From assembly GCA_009782175.1 (NCBI GenBank), contig WRKR01000007.1, positions 6,125 to 70,124 on the forward strand: DNA of 64,000 nt, read 5' to 3'. Of the stretch, positions 55,962-64,000 are shown piece after piece; within the stretch, counting starts at the first letter, position 1, and every line of letters begins with the position of its first letter. The DNA is from Cystobacterineae bacterium. GTDB taxonomy: Bacteria > Myxococcota > Myxococcia > Myxococcales > Myxococcaceae. The notes beneath the pieces are model-generated. The model searched no databases, was not told the origin of the DNA, and saw only the letters and a list, made by a program, of their open reading frames with translations. Made by a program: the position numbers and the translations under genes.

Positions 55962-57215
55962 TTATTGGGTTGAGTCTCGTTGCTTGGCTGGGTTTCTTTC
56001 ATCCGCATCGCTCCACTGTGCCAGCTGCTCCAGAATAAAGGCAGCTATTTTTGCTTTGCTCCCGCTCACTTGCATGGGCTTTGCAAAAGAAGTCACCCAA
56101 AAAATTTCATTGTCCTCAGAAGCAAAACCCAAATCTGCTTTGGAAATGTCATTGGCACAAATGGCATCCAAGCGTTTTTCACGCAACTTTCGCGTCGCAT
56201 ATTCAACGAGGTTTTGCGTTTGCGCGGCAAAGCCAATGAGGCGCGGACGCTTGTGGCATGTGTGCACCTGAGCTGAGGCTTTAGCCAAAACATCCACCGT
56301 CGGAAGCAAGGCAATGGCCTTGGGGGCTTCGGTTTTTTTTATTTTTTCTGGAGAAATTTCTGCCGGCTTAAAGTCACTCACCGCAGCCGCTGCAATAAAG
56401 CAGTCAACCCCATTCACCCTCTCTAAAACAGCGGCACACATTTCTTCTGCAGTAACAACATCGACCCTTTCAATGTTGGAAGGCAGTGTTTTTTTCAAAG
56501 CCTCAGCAACAGGCCCCAGCACCAAAGAAACTTCCATCCCCCGGGAGAGAGCCTCTTTCGCCAAGGCAACCCCCATTTTCCCCGAGGAGGGGTTGGACAA
56601 AAAGCGAAAAGCATCCCAATGCTCACGTGTCGGCCCAGCGGTCAGCAGAAGTTTTTTTCCTTTTAAGGGAGAGGTTGAAAACAAATTGCAAACGGCTTGG
56701 CGTATTGTTTCCACATCCGCCAATTTTCCCATGCCTATGTCTTTGTCGGCCAATTCTCCCTCTTGGGGGGCTATTAAAACAAACCTGGGGTCCTTCATAA
56801 GCTCGACAAGGTTTTCTTGAGTCCTCCTGTTTTCCCACATGGCAGTATTCATGGCTGGCGCCAAAACCACCGGCCCCTTAAAGGCCAACACGGAGGCCAA
56901 CAGGGGGCTGTCCGCAAAACCAGCTCGCATATGTGCAATGCTGTTTGCACTTGCGGGAGCAAAAACAAATGCATCGGCCCAACGGGCCAATTCCAAGTGC
57001 CCATAGGCAGAGTGGCTCTCAGCGTGGTCGGTTAAAACCATTTGCCGAGAGAGGGCTTGGAATGTCAGTGCCGAAACGAAAGACTCGGCGGCCCTCGTCA
57101 TGGCCACCCGCACCTCTGCCCCTTCTTTTTGCAGACCTCGGAGCAACTCGCATGCTTTATAGGCGGCAATGCTTCCGCTTATAAGGACAGCAACTCTCTT
57201 CCCATGCAGGCTCAT
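55962..57215 (-). CDS. coaBC: Bifunctional phosphopantothenoylcysteine decarboxylase / phosphopantothenate-cysteine ligase
   Basis: GKRVAVLISGSIAAYKACELLRGLQKEGAEVRVAMT...APAMNTAMW...LLLTAGPTREHWDAFRFLSNPSSGKMG...AAAVSDF. Confidence 0.95.
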   Translation of the reverse strand: MSLHGKRVAVLISGSIAAYKACELLRGLQKEGAEVRVAMTRAAESFVSALTFQALSRQMVLTDHAESHSAYGHLELARWADAFVFAPASANSIAHMRAGFADSPLLASVLAFKGPVVLAPAMNTAMWENRRTQENLVELMKDPRFVLIAPQEGELADKDIGMGKLADVETIRQAVCNLFSTSPLKGKKLLLTAGPTREHWDAFRFLSNPSSGKMGVALAKEALSRGMEVSLVLGPVAEALKKTLPSNIERVDVVTAEEMCAAVLERVNGVDCFIAAAAVSDFKPAEISPEKIKKTEAPKAIALLPTVDVLAKASAQVHTCHKRPRLIGFAAQTQNLVEYATRKLREKRLDAICANDISKADLGFASEDNEIFWVTSFAKPMQVSGSKAKIAAFILEQLAQWSDADERNPAKQRDSTQ

Positions 57216-58492
57216 TCTTCTTCTTCAGAGAAAGGTTTGACGGCATGCACAATGGCCAGCTCCTGGCGTGCTTCTGACAATTCAAAATTGGCTGCTCGCA
57301 GGCGATCTGCCAACACCTGGACGAAACTCCAGAGCATTTTAACTGCCAAAATGGACTCGCGTTTCATGAGTGTCATCAGCTCGGAGCGTGCAACCAGCAT
57401 GACACGTGTTGCCTCAGAAGCGCGAATGGTTGCTGAGCGTGGCGCATTGTCAACCAACCCCATTTCTCCAAAATGGCCGCCGGAAAACAACTCAGAAATT
57501 TCCATGCCACCCTTTTCAACCACCACGCGCCCTTTAATAACAATATAGAGGTCGTGCCCCGGTTGCCCTTCTCGAATAATTTCTTCACCCTCTGCATAGG
57601 AGCGCGTCGTCGCAATGGACAAGACAGCCGTCTGCTCTTTATAAGTCAGGTGCCTGAAGAGCGGAATTTTCTTAAGCGCCTCCATGCGCGACTGTGCTTC
57701 GAGGACTTCTTCATTGACAACAGTTGGATCTCCTTTGACAGAAACAACCAAAGCCGTAATGTTGTCTTTTCCCCCGCGCTCGTTGGCTGTTGCCACAAAA
57801 TGCTCTGGCAACTCTTGGGTCGGCACCTGCTCAAATGTCCTCAAAATTTCTGCTTCGGGGAAATAGCCATGAAGGCCGTCAGAGCATAAAAGGAAGCTGT
57901 CTCCGGGCAATACGTCCAAAACCAAAGTGTCTACTTGAACGGATGCCTGAATCCCCACCGCCCGCGTAATAACATTTCTATATTGGGAGGTAGCCGCTTG
58001 CTCCCGCGTAATGGCACCTGCCTTCAGTTGTATGGCCACCAAAGTATGGTCTTCCGTGAGGCGGTGGCATTGTGCATTGCGTATTAAATAAATGCGGCTG
58101 TCTCCAACATTGCTGATAATTCCCTTGTTCCCAACAATAACGAGGGCAGCCAAAGTGCTCCCCATGCCTCGCTTGGACGTATCCTGCACGCTGAGTTGGT
58201 GAATTTCAAAGCAGGCTTTTTGTACGGCTCCTTCTAAAACCTGGACGGCCGCCGCTTGGTTTTCTGGCGTCCAGTTTTTCGCCATGGTTTCCAAAGCTGC
58301 CTTGCCATCCAAAAGGTATTGGCGCATCAAGGCGACAGCCTGCGCACTCGCAATTTCTCCCGCAGCCGCCCCTCCCATGCCGTCTGCAACCAAATAAATT
58401 CCAAGCTCGGAATCCGCCAACATGGAATCTTCATTGTGAGCACGTCTGCGCCCTACATCAGTCTTCCCAAAGGCTTCAATTAACATGGGCAA
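57212..58492 (-). CDS. PP2C-family Ser/Thr phosphatase fused to a cyclic-nucleotide-binding domain
   Basis: PP2C half: GKTDVGRRRAHNEDS...YLVADGMGGAAAGEIAS...LLCSDGLHG...GGKDNITALVV. cNMP half: IPLFRHLTYKEQTAV...GEEIIREGQPGHDLYIVIKGRVVV...FGEMGLVDNAPRSATIRA. ATGA overlap with coaBC. Confidence 0.9.
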   Translation of the reverse strand: MPMLIEAFGKTDVGRRRAHNEDSMLADSELGIYLVADGMGGAAAGEIASAQAVALMRQYLLDGKAALETMAKNWTPENQAAAVQVLEGAVQKACFEIHQLSVQDTSKRGMGSTLAALVIVGNKGIISNVGDSRIYLIRNAQCHRLTEDHTLVAIQLKAGAITREQAATSQYRNVITRAVGIQASVQVDTLVLDVLPGDSFLLCSDGLHGYFPEAEILRTFEQVPTQELPEHFVATANERGGKDNITALVVSVKGDPTVVNEEVLEAQSRMEALKKIPLFRHLTYKEQTAVLSIATTRSYAEGEEIIREGQPGHDLYIVIKGRVVVEKGGMEISELFSGGHFGEMGLVDNAPRSATIRASEATRVMLVARSELMTLMKRESILAVKMLWSFVQVLADRLRAANFELSEARQELAIVHAVKPFSEEEE

Positions 58493-58572
58493 AAGAGTCC
58501 TCTCTATGTGGATAGAAAAGCAGAAAAAACGGCTAGCTAATTAAGCCAGGAAAGCAAAAGCTGCCAGAGAAA

Positions 58573-58785
58573 TCAGCCCTTAAAAATGTTTCCCTCTACA
58601 ATTTCTTCTGGCACAGCTGCATTTTCAGAGCACGCCGGAATGCGATAGTCCTCGTCCAACCAGCGGTATAAATCCACTTCCTTGCACCTTTGGCTGCAAA
58701 AAGGAGAAGGGGGCTCCTTTAAAGCTTCAGAGGAAAACCCAAGGGGTTGACCACACTGTACACAAGAAGGCGTTTTAGGACTCAT
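58573..58785 (-). CDS. yacG: DNA gyrase inhibitor YacG (zinc finger)
   Basis: [10 protein letters not shown]...[23 protein letters not shown] matches the YacG pattern CxxC...FCSxRCxxxDLxxW...IP. Confidence 0.8.
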   Translation of the reverse strand: MSPKTPSCVQCGQPLGFSSEALKEPPSPFCSQRCKEVDLYRWLDEDYRIPACSENAAVPEEIVEGNIFKG

Positions 58786-59047
58786 GGGATCACCGGCTTC
58801 CTTTGTATTTTTTCCTTTTTATTTTTGCTCTTTGTATTTTTGCCCTTTGTATTTTTGCTCTATAATTCTGTTTCGTATTTCTACATGGCATTTCTACATG
58901 CTATTCTACATATCATTTCTTGACCAAATATAGAAATATGTTAGGCGGGCCAAGCACACTTGGAAGCATGGCGCTCTTGAGCAGCAGGGCCCTCTTGGGA
59001 ACCAAGGCTCTCTTGGGAACCAAGCTTGTCCTCATGCCTTTGGTTTT

Positions 59048-59120
<73 letters not shown>

Positions 59121-59573
59121 TTTTATAAGTGTCCAAAAAAGCCCAGCAAAGCCTAAAAAGCCTTGTTGGGATCGCGCTTAAGCGGGTGCCTCCTTCCATG
59201 GCCCAGGCGCGGATGGCGCCTATCTCCTCCCCTGTGCGAAGGTGTTTGACAATGGCCTTCGTATGCCCCCCCCAGGGCCTTAATGACAAAACGCACGCTT
59301 TTCTCCTCACCCGCAGAAGCCATGGTGAAAGGGTGTGGCTCCTTGCCGTGCTGAAAACGCACAAACGACACATGAAAGCAGCAGCGTTCCACCTATACAC
59401 TGGGTTGTTTTTTTCATGAGGGCCTCCATCGCGGGCCCAGCGCAACCCTTCATCCGCTTTTTTCCTTGGCTGACTTGCATATATTTTAAAACCCGAATAG
59501 TCTGTGTATGAAGTTTTGGGGTGCGGACGGCACAGGTGCGAGCAGGGCCGACCAATAGCAGGGAGAAACATCC

Positions 59574-61208
59574 ATGTCCCAGCATTTTTCACTTGCCCGT
59601 TTTTCATTCTCCGTTGTTTTTCTCCTGAGTTTCCTCGTGGGATGCGCAGCGGATGAGGCGGTTTATGTTGCCCCTGAAGAGCTATCCACGGGCGACGATA
59701 AAGTGATTGAGGTTGCGAGTGTCTCACTCAACAAAGCTGAGCTAAGGCTGGAAGTGGGCAGCGTGGAAACACTGGTGGCCACTGTTATGCCTGCCGACGC
59801 CACCCACAAGCAACTGAGTTGGACAAGCAGCAACCCCGCTGTGGCCATGGTGGATGCCCATGGACAGGTGGCCGCGCTCAACCCGGGCTCGGCAAATATT
59901 GTCGCAGCTGCACAAGAGGGCGGCAAAACAGCTGCCTGCAAGCTGACGGTGGTTGCAGCCAACACGGAAACCGCCGACGCCCCAAGCATTGAAGGCTTTA
60001 GTCCCCTTGAGGCCCCCTTCGGTGCCAGCCTCACCATTTTGGGAAAAAACTTCAGCGCCATCCCTGAAGAAAACAGCGTCACCCTCAATGGCGTCCCCGC
60101 AAGGGTGAGCTCCGCTACACCGGAGGAAATACACATTGAGGTGCCCAAAAACATGCGCTCCTCGGGCCTCCTTCGCGTCAGCGTCGCCGGAAAAACCGCT
60201 GTCGCCTCCCCTGAGTTTGTTTATGTGCCCACAACAACGGTCAGCACGCTTGCCGGCAGCGGCGCAGTGGGCTTGGGTGCAGGGGATTTTGCCGATGGCC
60301 CCGGAAATGTTGCACGCTTCAATTCTCCCCGCGGCCTCAGCATAGACGTGGCAGGCAACCTCTATGTGGCGGACACCGGCAACCACCGCATCCGCAAAAT
60401 AACACCGGAAGGCTCCGTCAGCACCCTTGCCGGCAGCGAGCAAGGCTGGGTGGATGGCCACGGAGACATTGCTCAATTTAATTCTCCTTATGGCATTACC
60501 ATAGATATGGCAGGCATCCTCTATGTGGCGGATAACGGCAACCGCCGCATACGCAGAATAACACCGGCTGGGACTGTCAACACCTTTGCCTGGAGCACGA
60601 AAGACGAAATGGGATGGGAAGTTCCATTTGCCGGGCCCACAGGCATTGTGGCGGATGCAGAAGGAAACCTCTATGTGCTGGACAGCCACGGCCTCTATGG
60701 CAACATCCACAAAATTGCACCAACGGGGGTCGCCAGAATATGGGTTATGGAGCTTTATGGGCTGAGCTCTATGAGTGGCCCTATGGCCCCCAGAGGCCTC
60801 ACCATAGATGCGGCAGGCAACCTCTATGTGGCCGGTGACGGCATCAACAAAATTTCGCCTCAGGGAGAAGTCAGCACCTTTGTCGGCAATGCGTTGTTTG
60901 TAGCCCCCACCGGCATTGCCCTGGAAGCAAAGACAGGCAACCTCTATATGACGGACACCTATATTTATGTGCAGTCAGGCTCCGTCAATGTGGCGCAACG
61001 CATTTATAGAATTTCACCGGAAACAGAAATTGTTGCTGTCGCCGGAAACGGCATGCCGAGCTATAACACCTCGGGTGGAGGTTTTGCCGACGGCCCGGCA
61101 AACATTGCACTGTTTGATAACCCCCAGGGAATTGCCATAGACGCGGCGGGCACCCTCTATGTGGCGGACACGTGGAACCACCGCATTCGAAAAATTGTGA
61201 CGGAATAA
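59574..61208 (+). CDS. Lipoprotein with Big_2, IPT/TIG and NHL-repeat beta-propeller domains
   Basis: Lipobox FLVGC-A. Big_2: LNKAELRLEVGSVETLVATVMPADATHKQLSWTSSNPAVAMVDAHGQVAALNPGSANI. IPT: IEGFSPLEAPFGASLTILGKNFS...VTLNGVPARV. Repeated NHL units: FNSPRGLSIDVAGNLYVADTGNHRIRKITPEG. Confidence 0.85.
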   Translation: MSQHFSLARFSFSVVFLLSFLVGCAADEAVYVAPEELSTGDDKVIEVASVSLNKAELRLEVGSVETLVATVMPADATHKQLSWTSSNPAVAMVDAHGQVAALNPGSANIVAAAQEGGKTAACKLTVVAANTETADAPSIEGFSPLEAPFGASLTILGKNFSAIPEENSVTLNGVPARVSSATPEEIHIEVPKNMRSSGLLRVSVAGKTAVASPEFVYVPTTTVSTLAGSGAVGLGAGDFADGPGNVARFNSPRGLSIDVAGNLYVADTGNHRIRKITPEGSVSTLAGSEQGWVDGHGDIAQFNSPYGITIDMAGILYVADNGNRRIRRITPAGTVNTFAWSTKDEMGWEVPFAGPTGIVADAEGNLYVLDSHGLYGNIHKIAPTGVARIWVMELYGLSSMSGPMAPRGLTIDAAGNLYVAGDGINKISPQGEVSTFVGNALFVAPTGIALEAKTGNLYMTDTYIYVQSGSVNVAQRIYRISPETEIVAVAGNGMPSYNTSGGGFADGPANIALFDNPQGIAIDAAGTLYVADTWNHRIRKIVTE

Positions 61209-61418
61209 AAAGGGCTTTTTCACCCTGGGTCGGGAACAGAGCCAGGTGAGCCCAAGCTCGCCTCAACCTCAGCCCGCCTGGAGGGGCAAAAAGAAAAGCC
61301 ATTTTTAATGCCCTGCCGTTCAGGCGAAAAAAAATGAAAGAAACACGAGCGCGTTTTTTTTGAACGCTATAAAAAGCAACCCCTGTTGTTTTTTTATGCT
61401 CACTCCCTGGAGGCCCTC

Positions 61419-62954
61419 ATGTCAGACGCTAACCCATCCACCTCTTCTTGCAGTTTCTTCTCCCAAGCCATGGAAAGCTTTGAGCGCGCGGCAGACTTGA
61501 TGAAGCTTCACCCGCGTATACGCCTGGAGTTGCAGGAGCCTGACTTCGAGCATGCCTTCTATCTCACCGTGGACATGGAGGACCGTCTCCTCCCCCTCGC
61601 AGAGGCCGATGCCAAAGCCTATGCCTCCTTGCCCGTCTCTTCTTTCCCTACCTTAAAAAACTTGGAATGCCTGGCCGACCAAAGCCTTGTCCTCCCGCCG
61701 GAGGCCTTCCGCCAGGCCAATGTCGCCATGAAGGATGGCCACATCCGCCTTGAGGACGGCAAAGTCTATCGCTGGCAGGCCGGCACCCCCAAAAGGTTTC
61801 GCGCCTGGCGCGTGCAGCATAACCAGGCACGTGGCCCCTATAAGGGGGGCTTGCGCTTCCACCCCAACGCCAGTCTCGACACCTTCAAAGCCCTCGCCGC
61901 GGATATGACGTGGAAAACCGCCATTGCGGATGTCCCCATGGGCGGAGGCAAAGGCGGCATAGAAGTAGACCCATACTTGCTCAGCCGCCGCGAGTTGAAG
62001 GCCCTTTCCGCGCGCTATGTTTATGTCCTCAAGCCCTTCGTGGGGCCGGAGTTTGACATTCCCGCCCCGGACGTTAACACCGACGCCTCCATCATGGCCG
62101 TCATGCTTCGCCAATATAGCGACGGAGAGCGCTTCCGACACCTGCAACGCGGGTTTATTACGGGCAAGGATGTGCGCATGGGTGGCTCCGAAGGCCGCAC
62201 ACAGGCCACGGGCCTTGGCGTCGTCTGCTGCATTGAGGACTATTATGCGGAGAAGAAGGAGTCCCTGCAGGGCAAAACTTTCCTTGTCCAGGGTTTTGGC
62301 AACGTCGGCACCTATGCCGCCGAGTGCATGCACCAACTCGGCGGGCGCCTTTTGGCCGTGGGTGACGTCGGCGGCTATATATATAACCCTGAAGGCATTG
62401 ACGTCCCCAAGCTGCTCGAGTTTATGCGCAAGCACCCCAAGGGGAAAATGGCCACGGTGGCGGACTTCAAAGGGGCTTCGCCCATTTCCAAAGAAAATTT
62501 CTGGAAGCTGAAGGCCGACATTCTCATTCCCGCGGCCTTAAGTGGAGAAATAACGGAGGAGGTGGCCAAAGGCCTCAACGTAAAACTCATTGCCGAAGGT
62601 GCCAACGGCCCCTCTACTCCCGAGGGAGATCGCATCCTCTTTGCGCGCGACATTGCGCTCATTCCGGACATTATAGCCAACGCAGGCGGCGTTGTTGCCA
62701 GCTATTATGAGTGGCTGCAAAACCGCAATGCGGAATATTGGACAGAAGCCGAAGTGTGTAGGCGCCTGAGTGAAGCCCTCAAACGCAACTACCGCATTAT
62801 TCGCGACATTGCGCGCAACACCCCCCAAAAAGGCGAAATGCACGACAGCCGCGGGTTTTGCCTCGGGCAAACGACAGACACGCGCTGCGCCGCCATGGTG
62901 CTCGCTTTGCGCCGCATTGAGGCCCACTATCTGTTGGAAGGTTTTAGCCAATAG
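61419..62954 (+). CDS. gdhA: Glutamate dehydrogenase (Glu/Leu/Phe/Val dehydrogenase family)
   Basis: ATG 61419 lies 5 nt after GGAGG. Motifs: RVQHNQARGPYKGGLRFHP, DVPMGGGKGGIEVDP, Rossmann FLVQGFGNVGTYAA, and ANAGGVVASYYEWLQN. Confidence 0.9.
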   Translation: MSDANPSTSSCSFFSQAMESFERAADLMKLHPRIRLELQEPDFEHAFYLTVDMEDRLLPLAEADAKAYASLPVSSFPTLKNLECLADQSLVLPPEAFRQANVAMKDGHIRLEDGKVYRWQAGTPKRFRAWRVQHNQARGPYKGGLRFHPNASLDTFKALAADMTWKTAIADVPMGGGKGGIEVDPYLLSRRELKALSARYVYVLKPFVGPEFDIPAPDVNTDASIMAVMLRQYSDGERFRHLQRGFITGKDVRMGGSEGRTQATGLGVVCCIEDYYAEKKESLQGKTFLVQGFGNVGTYAAECMHQLGGRLLAVGDVGGYIYNPEGIDVPKLLEFMRKHPKGKMATVADFKGASPISKENFWKLKADILIPAALSGEITEEVAKGLNVKLIAEGANGPSTPEGDRILFARDIALIPDIIANAGGVVASYYEWLQNRNAEYWTEAEVCRRLSEALKRNYRIIRDIARNTPQKGEMHDSRGFCLGQTTDTRCAAMVLALRRIEAHYLLEGFSQ

Positions 62955-62988
62955 CTCAGCCCATAGGCCGCTTCTCTGTTGAATGCCT

Positions 62989-63070
62989 CTAGAGAGCGGT
63001 TTCAATGGAGCGGTTTCAATTGAAGAAAGCGAAGGCTCGCCTCACTCCATTCAACTGAAACCGCTCTAAG
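62989..63070. repeat. MITE-like palindromic element, copy B
   Basis: CTAGAGAGCGGTTTCAATGGAGCGGTTTCAATTGAAG ... CCATTCAACTGAAACCGCTCTAAG. The terminal inverted repeats GAGCGGTTTCAATTGAA and TTCAACTGAAACCGCTC match at 16 of 17 positions. The element is about 80 bp and has no coding capacity. Confidence 0.6.
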
Positions 63071-63115
63071 GTGTCAGCTGTGGCGGTGTTTAAGCCTGGC
63101 TTTGAGTCTATTCCC

Positions 63116-63158
63116 CTTGGGTGAGGGGTGCACTCCCCCTCACCCAAGCTTTATTTCC
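63116..63158 (+). terminator. Strong hairpin plus T-rich tail, a possible terminator downstream of gdh
   Basis: Perfect 13-bp stem CTTGGGTGAGGGG / CCCCTCACCCAAG with a 7-nt loop, followed by CTTTATTTCCC. It lies about 160 nt after the gdh stop, so the assignment is tentative. Confidence 0.45.
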
Positions 63159-63265
63159 CTTGTTGGATGGCCAAGCTTGCACAGCACCTGTCAAGTCCTG
63201 TCCACAGGCCTTTTTTCAAAAGTATTTTTCATCGCTTTGAGGCCAGCCCTGTGGTGAGCTGAAAC

Positions 63266-63616
63266 TCAATGAAGGATACGCGCTTTGTCAACCAACAGCA
63301 GAGGCTGTTGCTCCCCCACCTCATAGGCGACGATACGCAAGCCTACGCCACGGCTCCCCGTCTCCCCATAATTCAACGCCAACTGGTAGCGGACTTCACA
63401 AAGGCAAGTCATCTCCGTCCCCTCTTCCCCAGAAAACGTCACCTTCACCCTGCAGCCCAATGCCAAGGCTTCCGAAACCTCCACATAGAGGCCACGAGAG
63501 CTGATGTTGCGCCCCGTCCCCCGCAAAATACCGTCAGAAGTCTGCAACAATACCACAAACACCTTATCAAAACGGAGGCTTTGTCTGCGCTCAGCTGGCG
63601 AACACCTGGTGAACAT
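63266..63616 (-). CDS. PilZ-domain protein
   Basis: Both halves of the c-di-GMP-binding motif are present: ERRQSLR (RxxxR) and NISSRGL (D/NxSxxG). 116 aa. Confidence 0.8.
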   Translation of the reverse strand: MFTRCSPAERRQSLRFDKVFVVLLQTSDGILRGTGRNISSRGLYVEVSEALALGCRVKVTFSGEEGTEMTCLCEVRYQLALNYGETGSRGVGLRIVAYEVGEQQPLLLVDKARILH

Positions 63617-63674
63617 AACCTAAGCTTATCCTGTATGTATATGTAGTCAAATTCTTCGCTTTGGATTTTGCGCT

Positions 63675-64000
63675 ATGAATAAAATCTCTTTCAAACCACT
63701 GGTTTTTATTTTCTTTTTCAGTTTTTTGGGGGTTTCCGCAAAAGCTTCTGAGCACAGGCAGGAGCGGCTTTTTAATGAGTTGCGTGAAAATTCAAAAAAA
63801 ATTGACAGCTTGTCCAGTTTTCTCAAAATGTATATGGGGGACTGTCAGGCGAGTGCTGAGGCGTCTGAATGTCGTCAGAAGTCTGCCGTTTTTCAGAGGC
63901 AAGCCAACCAAAGCAGTTATGTTTTTTTTGCTTTTGAAGACAGCATTGCGTTGGAAATACGTCCTGTTTCTGAGGAGCAATTCAACATCAGCTGGTTGCC
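63675..64000 (+). CDS. Secreted hypothetical protein, partial (runs off the right edge)
   Basis: Not in the ORF track because there is no in-window stop. ATG 63675 gives MNKISFKPLVFIFFFSFLGVSAKASEHRQERLFNELRENSKKIDSLSSFLKMYMGDCQASAEASECRQ... The frame is open to base 64000. Confidence 0.6.
   Translation, partial: MNKISFKPLVFIFFFSFLGVSAKASEHRQERLFNELRENSKKIDSLSSFLKMYMGDCQASAEASECRQKSAVFQRQANQSSYVFFAFEDSIALEIRPVSEEQFNISWL

Noticed and set aside
59742-62435. Long minus-strand ORFs 59742..60710 (322 aa), 59663..60154 and 61653..62435 (260 aa).
   Set aside because: They are antisense to the NHL lipoprotein and glutamate dehydrogenase, both of which have unambiguous domain signatures. High GC suppresses stops in the shadow frames.

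Overview
The window looks like a moderate-GC chromosome segment from a Myxococcota-like (delta-proteobacterial lineage) organism. This is inferred from gene content only, and no species is claimed.

(1) Gliding-motility cluster, bases 1-21289, minus strand. The genes match the Myxococcus xanthus Agl-Glt G1 cluster in order and architecture: gltD, E, F, G, H, one extra ORF, then gltI. The last gene is an open frame of more than 3,740 codons covering 1..11231. It is absent from the supplied ORF track because it runs off the left edge.

(2) Envelope and housekeeping genes, 21.4-64 kb.
- An AI-2E permease, a PilZ / GETKQ-repeat / PEGA operon and csp.
- A decayed czcC/czcA metal-efflux remnant.
- A Hanks kinase-cmk-accA-ArsA-like operon lying divergent from a short Hsp70 paralogue.
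- trpB2, ribA, and a Lys/Pro-repeat protein followed by an RNase R that lacks its cold-shock (CSD) domains.
- A SpmA/SpmB fusion.
- greA-recG-tmk, coaD, rsmD, typA, udg, coaBC, a PP2C-cNMP phosphatase and yacG.
- tRNA-Thr(CGU), a Big2/IPT/NHL lipoprotein, gdh, a second PilZ gene, and a right-edge partial ORF that is also missing from the track.

(3) Mobile and repetitive DNA.
- One intact IS5-family element with an A4G5 frameshift site.
- A small MITE-like family sharing its outermost bases with that IS.
- Several in-frame and intergenic tandem arrays.
- A decayed duplication of the 3' end of the gltG-like gene.

No CRISPR array or rRNA was seen. Everything was read by eye. Start codons are approximate, and family assignments rest on motifs and synteny, not on searches.
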